A program made the translations under genes and the position numbers. Shown in pieces: positions 55,978-64,000 of a DNA stretch of 64,000 nt. The stretch is from an uncultured Candidatus Saccharibacteria bacterium (lineage in GTDB: Bacteria > Patescibacteriota > Minisyncoccia > Phycocordibacterales > UBA5272). The stretch is from positions 7,653 to 71,652 of the forward strand of contig CAZEDG010000002.1 in NCBI GenBank assembly GCA_964510805.1. Direction: 5' to 3'. How positions within the stretch are numbered: the first letter of the stretch is position 1; each line of letters starts with the position of its first letter. The notes under the pieces are model-generated. The model searched no databases, was not told where the DNA came from, and saw only the letters and a list, made by a program, of their open reading frames with translations.

Positions 55978-56631
55978 CTATGCGAGTTTTTTCACTGCCT
56001 TCTTTTCCTCAGGAACAAAAAAAGTATAGTCAAGATGGAAAAGCTTAAGAGAGATATGGTAAATACTATACGTGATAAAAAATGCCGAGAATACATCTAT
56101 CGAATAGTGTAAATGCGAGAGAAGCACTATGACACCGAAGACAACCGAAGAGGACAGAAACAGCGTTCTTACGTATACATGATCCCAGAAGATAAGTGCG
56201 ATAAGAAACGGTAATCCTGTATGCCCAGAAAAGAAAAGGTCATTACCTGAGGTAATGAAGTTAAGCATATTAGATTGTAGCTCAAGCTTAAGAGGAAATG
56301 GACCAATGTGGGTAAGCGACACGAATCCTGCACGTATAAGAATAAAAAGAGAGACAGTCTTAAGAAGAAAAGGTGCCATCATTCTAAAACGAAATGCGAG
56401 CACAACAACAAAAAGACAAAGTGCAATTGCTCCTTGGACAAAGATAAGTTCAAAATCAAAGACCGGGGTATTGCTCAGGATAATATCATCCACGTAATTA
56501 CTTGCACGAATCGTAGCGTACGCACTTGCAAAATGTGTAGCAAACACACTTGCAATAAAAAGAATCACCGCTTCAAGAAGTGAAGCATAGTAACGAAGAT
56601 GAGAAACTTTTTTAGGAAGAACTTTTGTCAT
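55978..56631 (-). CDS. PAP2-superfamily membrane phosphatase-like protein.
   Basis: Multi-TM with FSGHTG and SHLHYSIDV (PSGH / SRxxxxxHxxxD-like). Confidence 0.5.
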   Translation of the reverse strand: MTKVLPKKVSHLRYYASLLEAVILFIASVFATHFASAYATIRASNYVDDIILSNTPVFDFELIFVQGAIALCLFVVVLAFRFRMMAPFLLKTVSLFILIRAGFVSLTHIGPFPLKLELQSNMLNFITSGNDLFFSGHTGLPFLIALIFWDHVYVRTLFLSSSVVFGVIVLLSHLHYSIDVFSAFFITYSIYHISLKLFHLDYTFFVPEEKKAVKKLA

Positions 56632-56708
56632 TACGTATTTAACAAGCAGTATATCAGAATATTTTTATATACTCTTGTTAATAAAACCTTTTCTTTGAGA
56701 AGAGATTG

Positions 56709-57404
56709 CTAATCTTGTAACAAAAATCCGTAATGAGAAAGTGTTTTAATAAAAGAATGCTTACCGAGTTTCTTACGAAGATTGAACACATGATGATTAA
56801 GTGCGTATGACTTTTCTTTAATTGAAGGAGAAAGGTAGTGAGCAAGATGATCATTGGAGGTTGGTCGATTTTTGTTGAGAAATAAATGAAAAAGAATACT
56901 ATACTCTGTCTTTGTAAGATGTATCCTTTCTTTGTCACTTGTTACAACATGATCTTTGATATCAATAGTTACCCCTTGTGAACTTAGTATCGTAGAAGAA
57001 AAAAGAGTCTCATTACTTCTTTGCAAAAGCTTTGTGACCTTAAGTGTAAATTCATCCCAAGAAAAAGGACTCTGGACACAACCATCCACACCAGCATTGA
57101 TAAGTAATTCACGGTATGAAGACGAACATGCGTTACCACACACAAGAAAAAGTGGGACTTTGGAGTTACTTGCACGTAATGTTTCTACAAGAAGTGCATC
57201 ATCTTTACCTTCTCCTTCAAAAAGACGATCAATAAGAACAAGCGAAGAAGATTGAATAAGTGTCTTCGTAAGAAGCGCTCCTTCACAGACAGAAATCACT
57301 GCCGAAGGAAAAAGTTCTCTTAGGTGTGCATCAAGCGTGCTTTCTTTTTTTGTGCGAATACATACAATCTGCATATACCAAGATACTACACAGGAAGCGC
57401 TCAA
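56709..57404 (-). CDS. OmpR/PhoB-type winged-helix regulator with an atypical receiver domain.
   Basis: The C-terminus has the OmpR-type wHTH pattern (TKTEYSILFHLFLNKNRPTS...FIKTLSHYGFLL). The receiver domain is divergent. Confidence 0.55.
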   Translation of the reverse strand: MSASCVVSWYMQIVCIRTKKESTLDAHLRELFPSAVISVCEGALLTKTLIQSSSLVLIDRLFEGEGKDDALLVETLRASNSKVPLFLVCGNACSSSYRELLINAGVDGCVQSPFSWDEFTLKVTKLLQRSNETLFSSTILSSQGVTIDIKDHVVTSDKERIHLTKTEYSILFHLFLNKNRPTSNDHLAHYLSPSIKEKSYALNHHVFNLRKKLGKHSFIKTLSHYGFLLQD

Positions 57405-57507
57405 AAAATGCAGAGCAAAAGGTAATATTTTTATAAAATTAAGATAAAATTTTGTTTCCTTTTTGGCCCATTGTTTTTAAGGCTTTTTTGCGATATACTA
57501 TTGACTA

Positions 57508-58179
57508 ATGCGCGTATTAGTCGTTGAAGATGAAGAAGGGATTGCTAAGTTTTTAAAAGCGGGCATCGAGTCCGAGTATTTTGCTGTTGATGTTGCAGAA
57601 GATGGAGAACGTGGAGTATACCTCGCAAAAACGAATGACTATGACATTATTATCCTTGATTACATGCTTCCAAAAAAAGATGGAGCAGTGGTCTGCGAAG
57701 AAATCAGACGAGAAGGCAAAACAACCCCGATCATCATGCTTTCAGCTAGAGGAGAAATGACAACGAAAGTAGATCTCCTTAATAAAGGGGCTGACGACTA
57801 CATCACAAAACCTTTTTCTCTTGAAGAGCTTCTTGCGAGAATGCGAGCGCTTCTTAGAAGACCGTCTCAGGTAGCTTCGGATATTCTTTCTATTGATGAT
57901 CTTGTACTTGATACCAAGCGCCATATCGTAACAAGAAAAGATAAAGAAATTTACCTCACAAGAAAAGAGTTTATGCTTCTTGAGTTTCTTCTTCGTAATC
58001 AAGGCATCCCTGTTTCTCGAGGAAAAATCATAGACCATGTATGGGATATTAACGTAGACCCTTTTTCTAATACTATCGAATCTCATATTCTCAACTTACG
58101 CAAAAAAATTAATCTTCGTGGATGCAAAAATCTTATTCATACACTTCCTGGTGTTGGTTACAAGATCAGTCTTCAGTAA
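57508..58179 (+). CDS. OmpR-family response regulator.
   Basis: MRVLVVEDEEGIAKFL...IIILDYMLPKKDG...TKPFSLEELLARMRALLRR, then a wHTH ending PGVGYKI. Confidence 0.85.
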   Translation: MRVLVVEDEEGIAKFLKAGIESEYFAVDVAEDGERGVYLAKTNDYDIIILDYMLPKKDGAVVCEEIRREGKTTPIIMLSARGEMTTKVDLLNKGADDYITKPFSLEELLARMRALLRRPSQVASDILSIDDLVLDTKRHIVTRKDKEIYLTRKEFMLLEFLLRNQGIPVSRGKIIDHVWDINVDPFSNTIESHILNLRKKINLRGCKNLIHTLPGVGYKISLQ

Positions 58180-58314
58180 TTTTTGTCTTTAGAAAAAATT
58201 TATTCCAAACTAGAACTTACGCTATTCTGTTTTTAATTAATACAAGAAAAGGTTTTATTACACTTTCTGGTGGACCTTAAATGGATCTTGATCATTCACA
58301 AAAGAGGTGTCGTA

Positions 58315-59052
58315 ATGAGTCAACAAGCTACAGTAAACTGGGAATCTTACGCTCGTGATTACGATGCGCTAAACGCCTTAAACCCTTACCATGAAATGCT
58401 TAAGCTTGTCACTTCCTATGTGCCCAAAAATGGAAAACTTCTTGATGCATCTTGTGGAACAGGCAACCTTGAAATAAGGCTACCAAATGATAGCCTCATT
58501 CAAGTAACCGGGGTTGATTCTTCTCAAGAAATGCTTGCACGTGCAAAACAAAAACATAAAGAAAATCAAAACTTTTCTTTTGTATTTGGGGACCTTAATA
58601 AGCAACTTGATTTTCCTCATAATTTCTTTGATTCGATTGCTTGTGTTAATACGCTCTATGCTGTTGATGATCCTATTTTTACTCTCAGGGAATTCAAGAG
58701 GGTTTTAACACCTAACGGGACCCTGGTTGTGGTTACACCAAAAGTAGGCTTTGAAAATGGAATTATTCTCAAAGCTCACTGCCGGAGTGCTGAAGAGGAT
58801 GAGCATTGGGCAAATGTTCATTCTTCTGAAGAAAGAGAGCGTACACTTATAACAGAAGCCCTTGGAGAAACAGAAGATGCAGAAGCAATGCTTAGAGTTG
58901 CTTCGCATAATAGACTTATTCGTGGCAGGAACTATCATTTCTTCAAACAAGCAGAACTGCTGAACCTGATCCGATTACTTGGATTCAAAATTGTTTTCAA
59001 AGATTTCACGTACGGAAATCAGGCGCTTTTTTTTGTCGCAACGAAAGAGTAA
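58315..59052 (+). CDS. Class I SAM-dependent methyltransferase.
   Basis: LDASCGTGNLE motif I. The SD aaagagg precedes the ATG at 58315, so this start is preferred over the ORF-track start. Confidence 0.7.
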   Translation: MSQQATVNWESYARDYDALNALNPYHEMLKLVTSYVPKNGKLLDASCGTGNLEIRLPNDSLIQVTGVDSSQEMLARAKQKHKENQNFSFVFGDLNKQLDFPHNFFDSIACVNTLYAVDDPIFTLREFKRVLTPNGTLVVVTPKVGFENGIILKAHCRSAEEDEHWANVHSSEERERTLITEALGETEDAEAMLRVASHNRLIRGRNYHFFKQAELLNLIRLLGFKIVFKDFTYGNQALFFVATKE

Positions 59053-59066
59053 CCTAGGAGAATACA

Positions 59067-59747
59067 ATGCTTCAACACGGAAGTAGTATTGTCACAAAAG
59101 GAAGTCAACAAAAAATCTTCCCATGGCAAAATCTTCAATTTATTCACGCTCTACAAAACCCTGTTCGTCCAATAGAAGGAACAGATCTTAGTTTCTGTAT
59201 CCTCTCCACAGAAGATGAGCTTGACCAGGCATTCAAAAAACGCTACCAAGTATTCTGTGAAGAACAGAGAATTGCCCCGGTTGAAAACTACCCAGACAAA
59301 AAAGAAACAGATGACTACGACAGCAATTCCATACACACCGCAGTGTTGCGTGGCGACGAAATCTTGGCATACACAAGACTTGTACTCCCTTGCGAACAAT
59401 TCCCTATGGAGAGAACAAACTTTCTTCCCGAAGACCGCTTTGAAAGGTCTCGTTCAGTTGAAGTGTCGCGAGCACTTACGGATCAGTTAGTCCGAAAAGA
59501 CAGGAATCAGATTCTTCTCTCTAAGGACCTTATATGGCATCTCTTCAACGGTATCTACTGTATTTGCCAGGAAGCTGAGGTCGATGCAATCTTGAGTTTC
59601 TCAACTGCTGTCATGAATAATGGATATCGTAAACGAGGCGTTCCGATGCGTTACGTTGGGGAACAGGTCCTTTATCACGGCCACCCGAGCTTCCCTCTTA
59701 TTATCGATGTTGACCGAGAGCGTACACCAAGTTTCTTGTTGCACTAA
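59067..59747 (+). CDS. GNAT-fold N-acyltransferase of the FeeM/LuxI-like (N-acyl amino acid / autoinducer synthase) type.
   Basis: FKKRYQVFCEEQRIAPVENYPDKKETDDYD...HTAVLRGDEILAYTRLVLP resembles the RxxVF(xxE) core of acyl-amino-acid and acyl-HSL synthases. Confidence 0.45.
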   Translation: MLQHGSSIVTKGSQQKIFPWQNLQFIHALQNPVRPIEGTDLSFCILSTEDELDQAFKKRYQVFCEEQRIAPVENYPDKKETDDYDSNSIHTAVLRGDEILAYTRLVLPCEQFPMERTNFLPEDRFERSRSVEVSRALTDQLVRKDRNQILLSKDLIWHLFNGIYCICQEAEVDAILSFSTAVMNNGYRKRGVPMRYVGEQVLYHGHPSFPLIIDVDRERTPSFLLH

Positions 59748-59817
59748 AATCTTTGTCTTTACAGTCTCACATTGTGGGGCTGTTTTTCTTTTGCAAGAAG
59801 AGATACACTATACTGTA

Positions 59818-61756
59818 ATGTTTTTTTTAGGCATACTTATTTTCGTTTTAAATCTTAGTCTTGGTTTTGTTACGTTTTATCAAAAAAGAACCCTAGAAGC
59901 AAAAATTTTTAGTACTTTTGCTGTCGGTTTTGGTGTTTGGGCTTTCAGTGTGTACAGGACAATCGAAACCTCTTCATTATTTTGGGGAAGAACCGCTTTC
60001 GCTGGAGCAATAACTGGAATAGGTTCTATTTTTTTGTTTTCTTTAATTTTTCCAGGCAATAAAGCTATATCAAAAAAAATCCTATTCTTTATCTCTCTCC
60101 CCACTGTTTTACTCCTTGTTGCAACGTATACGAATCTAATGATAACTTCTGTAAAAGTTTTAAATGGAGCAATTAGTGGAACCTTTGGACCTCTCATGAA
60201 ACTCTATCAATTTTTTGCACCTATTTATATCTTTGGTAGTCTTTTTGTTATTTTCAAAAAATATAAAAAAGCATACAGGGAAGAAAAAATTAAAATAATG
60301 TATGCCTTTATTGGTATTTCTTTATTTGTCGGCCCAGCAGTGATAACCAATGCAGTCCTCCCCCTTTGGTTTAATATTTATTCACTCAATACAATTGGGC
60401 CGATCTTTTCTATCTGTATGGTTAGTTTTATTTCATACGCCATCATTCGCCATCAATTCTTAGATATAAAAATTATTATCCAAAGAGGTCTTGTCTACTC
60501 TGTACTTTTTTCCTTCATCGTCATTCTCTACATAAGTACACTCTTTACAGTCGAACACCTTCTTCCGATTGATCACGACAGAACTCTTCTCCTTGTCTCG
60601 ATTATCACTACTGCATTTGGAATATTTACTGTACCTTATCTTAACCGACTTCTCGAAAAAGTTACCGATCCAATCTTCTTCAAAGGAAGATATAACTACG
60701 CCGATACTGTCGCTCTTCTTACAAAAACACTCAATGACACAATCTCACTTACAAGTATTGTCAAAAAAACAACCAGTATCCTCAAAGAAAAACTAAAAGT
60801 GAGCGAAGTCATCTTTGATCTTTCGCAAGATAAAGAAAAAAAAATATAATGAAATGCTTTCTTTCTCTATTACGAGTAATCGTAAACATATAGGAACGCT
60901 GTATCTTGGTGATAAAAAATCAGGTGACCCTTACTCAAAAACAGATATCCTTCTTCTTGAAACGTTCACCAAACAAGCAGGGATAGCCCTCGAAAAAGCT
61001 AACCTCTATGACAAAATAAAAGAACATGCGAGCACCCTCGAACAAAAAGTAAGTGAACGCACTAAAGAGCTTGAAGTCCTCCAAAGAGAAAAAGAACTTC
61101 TTATGCTTGAGATTTCTCACGGTCTACAAACCCCTCTTACTATTATTAAAGGAGAGCTCTTCTTCCTCAAAAAGGAAGGAGCTGATGAATCAAGACTTGT
61201 GACTGTTGATAGTTCAATTGATCGTATTTCTCATTTTATCTATCGACTTCTTAGTCTTGCACATGTAGAAAAGCAAGAGAAAAAAGAGCTTGCACTTCTT
61301 CCTCTTAACGAAGTAATCGAAGATACTCTGTCACTCTTTGAAGCTAATATAGAAGAAAATGCAATCAACTTACATATGTCACTTGAAGAAAATGTTGTAA
61401 TAGAAGGCAACAAAAATGATCTTGATGAACTTATCTCCAACCTCATCAGTAACGCGATTAAATACATTGGTTCTACGGTAAATAAAACAATTACACTAAC
61501 GCTTACAAAAAAAGGCAAACAAGCAATACTTACCATACAAGATACAGGTATTGGCATGGATGAAGATGAGCTCAAGCATCTCTTCGAAAAATTCTATCGT
61601 GTAAAAAATAGCGAAACAAAAGGTATCAAAGGCACAGGCCTTGGTCTTGCAATAGCAAAGAAGATTATAGAAAACCACAGAGGGACAGTTCAAGTGATGA
61701 GCGCAAAAGGTATAGGCACCACCTTTACTATCACCTTCCCTCTTGCAAAAGAGTAA
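59818..61756 (+). pseudogene. Sensor histidine kinase (polytopic sensor, GAF-like, DHp, HATPase_c) interrupted by a frameshift in an A9 homopolymer at 60836-60844.
   Basis: ORF 59620/59818..60849 is the N-terminal multi-TM sensor ending ...DKEKKI-stop. ORF 60815..61756 carries the H-box EISHGLQTP and G-boxes and ends with GTGLGLAIAK. Deleting one A joins ...DKEKK to YNEMLSFS... in a single frame. Confidence 0.6.
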
Positions 61757-61796
61757 CAACAAAAAAACTACTTACAGAAAGTAAGTAGTTTTTTTG

Positions 61797-62909
61797 TTAT
61801 AAAGCAACCACTTCTTTTTGTTCTTGCTTTCTTGCTTCTAAGATACGATCTCGTACTAAGATGAGCGCGACAACATACATACTCTCTGCCCACCCAAGAG
61901 GAATATTGTCGTTTGGTTGTGTTGTGTGTGAATACCAGAGTTCAGGAATAAGACCATCTTGATTAATCGTGTTACCTGCTCGCATGAGATACTCTTTTGC
62001 TTTTAGAAGATCACCTCGCTTGGCATAAATAATTGCAAGCCATGCAAGCCCCATAGACCACTCAGCTTCTTCACTATATCCATCTTCGTTCTTATTGTAA
62101 TAACGATCATTACGATATCTGATAATCCCTTGATCGCGGAGCAAAAAGTACTCGACATTATCAAGAATCTTTCTTGTCTCTTCTTCCGTAGTTACCTCAA
62201 AAGGAAAAATAAGGGTAAGGAGAGCGAGATCACAAAACCTAGTCTTGGTTTCTCTTGGAAGAAGATCACGAAGTGCTTGTTCACCTTTTTCTATCATTCC
62301 TTCTGGAACAGTGACATAAGGAAGTGCTTTTGCGGTGATAAGTGCCCGTACCACAGAACCAATTGATGAAGCTCTTACTTCTTGATTCTCTTCCCAAATA
62401 CCAGAATCAGGATCATGCCAATACTCGATAGTATTGAGATAGTTCACAATAAGCTGTACCACTGCACGTTCCTCATCATTGTATGCAACGGTGTATCCTT
62501 CGAGCTCACACTGTGCGATAAGATAAAGCACTTCTCCTACCGCATCGTGTTGCTTATTCCCCCACTCTTCCCAATACTCCTCAAAAGTCTCAGGATTATA
62601 CCGAGCATGAATAAATTGCCAGGTTTCGTACGGTCTATTCTCTACCGCCCAATTAATTTTATCTTTATGTTTAAGAATGATAAGAAGGAGTGCTCTTGCA
62701 GTCTCTTGTACTGTCGTCATTTCACCATTAAAACGAAATCCGAGTGTCATAAAATACACATCTCTAAGCCATGCTTTGTTGTACCCTGTTGCAACATCAT
62801 GTGCAGACGCAGTAAAAAGCCCTGTCGAAGTACGAAGTCTTCTCACTTGATCAAGGTGCCACTTGATGGCTGGTTCAAACTCAAATTTTTCAAAGTACTG
62901 TTCGATCAT
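61797..62909 (-). CDS. Glycoside hydrolase family 15-like (glucoamylase/glucodextranase-like) protein.
   Basis: YNKAWLRDVYF and GIWEE are GH15-type catalytic-region motifs. The protein is 370 aa. Confidence 0.55.
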   Translation of the reverse strand: MIEQYFEKFEFEPAIKWHLDQVRRLRTSTGLFTASAHDVATGYNKAWLRDVYFMTLGFRFNGEMTTVQETARALLLIILKHKDKINWAVENRPYETWQFIHARYNPETFEEYWEEWGNKQHDAVGEVLYLIAQCELEGYTVAYNDEERAVVQLIVNYLNTIEYWHDPDSGIWEENQEVRASSIGSVVRALITAKALPYVTVPEGMIEKGEQALRDLLPRETKTRFCDLALLTLIFPFEVTTEEETRKILDNVEYFLLRDQGIIRYRNDRYYNKNEDGYSEEAEWSMGLAWLAIIYAKRGDLLKAKEYLMRAGNTINQDGLIPELWYSHTTQPNDNIPLGWAESMYVVALILVRDRILEARKQEQKEVVAL

Positions 62910-62923
62910 AGATTTTGTTTATA

Positions 62924-63379
62924 TTATCCTGTTTGCTTCACCAAAAACTTCTCATCATTCGCTGAATCTTTTGTTACCCCACCCGGAGAAGTAACTCTTT
63001 CTACTAATGAAGCAATTAAAGCTGGTTTTACATTAAGTGCTTTCATTTCTCCAACAATAAGAGCAAGTGCCTGCACAGCATTAAGAGCTTCTAGAATCTT
63101 TGCTCCGCCCTGCTGTTCTCTGTAACCTTCTTGATTACTGAGGTACTCTTGAGTTAATCGTGTCGCTTCTTGTATCTCTGCCATTGTGCGATCAAATTCT
63201 GTAGTCACAGGATAACCTCTTCCATTTACCTCAAACATCTTATATGGTTCTTTTTTTGCTTCTAATTGTAATTCTATGTGACGAAAACCATCGCTGATTG
63301 CTTGAGCAAGCTTTTCCTTTGGATTATATTCCTGTTTTTGAGGAGATTGCGATACTTGTGGAGCTTGATTAAAATGCAT
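62924..63379 (-). CDS. Hypothetical protein.
   Basis: The ORF is 151 aa. Confidence 0.45.
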   Translation of the reverse strand: MHFNQAPQVSQSPQKQEYNPKEKLAQAISDGFRHIELQLEAKKEPYKMFEVNGRGYPVTTEFDRTMAEIQEATRLTQEYLSNQEGYREQQGGAKILEALNAVQALALIVGEMKALNVKPALIASLVERVTSPGGVTKDSANDEKFLVKQTG

Positions 63380-63441
63380 ATATCGTAAGTATACACCCTT
63401 TCCACGAGAAGTTAAGCGGATACACTTTTTACAAAAACATG

Positions 63442-63699
63442 TTATTTACCAAGCACTTTATGAACCTCCGTCCAAGGACCGCAATCAGTGACATCTGTAA
63501 AACCAAGTGACACAAGCATACTTTTTGCAAAAGCACTTCTTCTACCTGACGCACAACATGTTGCAAGCGGTGTATCTTTTGAAAGATTTTGTACATATCC
63601 TTCCAACGTTCCAAGTGGAACGTTGACTGCACCTTCTGCGTGCCCTCCATCATATTCTTCTTTTTCTCTCACATCAAAACAAATGACTTCTTTTTTCAT
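63442..63699 (-). CDS. Rhodanese-domain sulfurtransferase (single domain).
   Basis: Active-site loop CCASGRRS. The protein is 85 aa. Confidence 0.75.
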   Translation of the reverse strand: MKKEVICFDVREKEEYDGGHAEGAVNVPLGTLEGYVQNLSKDTPLATCCASGRRSAFAKSMLVSLGFTDVTDCGPWTEVHKVLGK

Positions 63700-63774
63700 A
63701 TACCTTTAAGTATAACGTACTCTGTGAATACAAAAAATAACTCATGCTATGCTACAACTTCTGACACACTTTTT

Positions 63775-64000
63775 TATGATGGATCAAGAATCTTTTTATG
63801 ACTCATTTGCACCTTGGTATGACATCTACTGTGAATCACAGTCATTAAAAAAATTACTTAATGAGGAAATAAAAATACTAGCATCCCTTCATCCAAAAAA
63901 AATATTAGAGCTTGGCATGGGTACTGGCAGATTTGCAAGAGAATATCTTAATCGATATCCAAAAACTACTTATATCGGCATTGATTCGTCGATTCAAATG
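63775..64000 (+). CDS. SAM-dependent methyltransferase, 5' part; the gene continues past the window end.
   Basis: Translation from the ATG at 63775 gives MMDQESFYDSFAPWYDIY...ILELGMGTGRFAREYL with motif I, and no stop before 64000. Confidence 0.55.

Overview
Low-GC (about 35-40%) bacterial chromosome segment with small proteins and many hypotheticals. By inference it resembles a reduced-genome Patescibacteria/CPR-like lineage, which cannot be confirmed without a database. The backbone is housekeeping genes: secD (5' part), recG, ftsH, smpB plus tmRNA, infC-rpmI-rplT, an ndk/rpsR/ssb/rpsF block, tatD, metG, recO, ileS, argS, a folA/dut/HIT/thyA-like/dCMP-deaminase-like thymidylate cluster, a nadD-like gene, and rplK-nusG-secE. 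Several non-standard features are layered on this backbone. (1) A family of at least 8 MITE-like palindromic intergenic elements with the central hairpin GAGCGAGGCC-N4-GGCCTCGCTC and AT-rich inverted arms, located at 3' gene ends. (2) An exact 1897-bp segmental duplication carrying a 586-aa surface protein gene, bounded by these elements. (3) A compositionally foreign island: an AT-rich NYN-domain gene followed by a high-GC (~60%) lipoprotein gene driven by a perfect sigma70 consensus promoter, located next to a 1303-aa cysteine-rich repeat protein. (4) In-frame domain insertions in two housekeeping enzymes: a GxxExxY PD-(D/E)XK domain in RecG and a histidine-phosphatase (RHG) domain in IleRS. 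(5) Arrays of tRNA-end fragments around a tRNA with anticodon UAU and around tRNA-Ser(CGA), with a small island between the tmRNA and tRNA-Ser that carries a GIY-YIG gene. (6) A T-box-like leader upstream of ileS. (7) A two-component locus with a sensor kinase frameshifted at an A9 tract, next to a FeeM/LuxI-like acyltransferase. All assignments come from reading motifs in the translated ORFs and the nucleotide sequence. No database searches were run.
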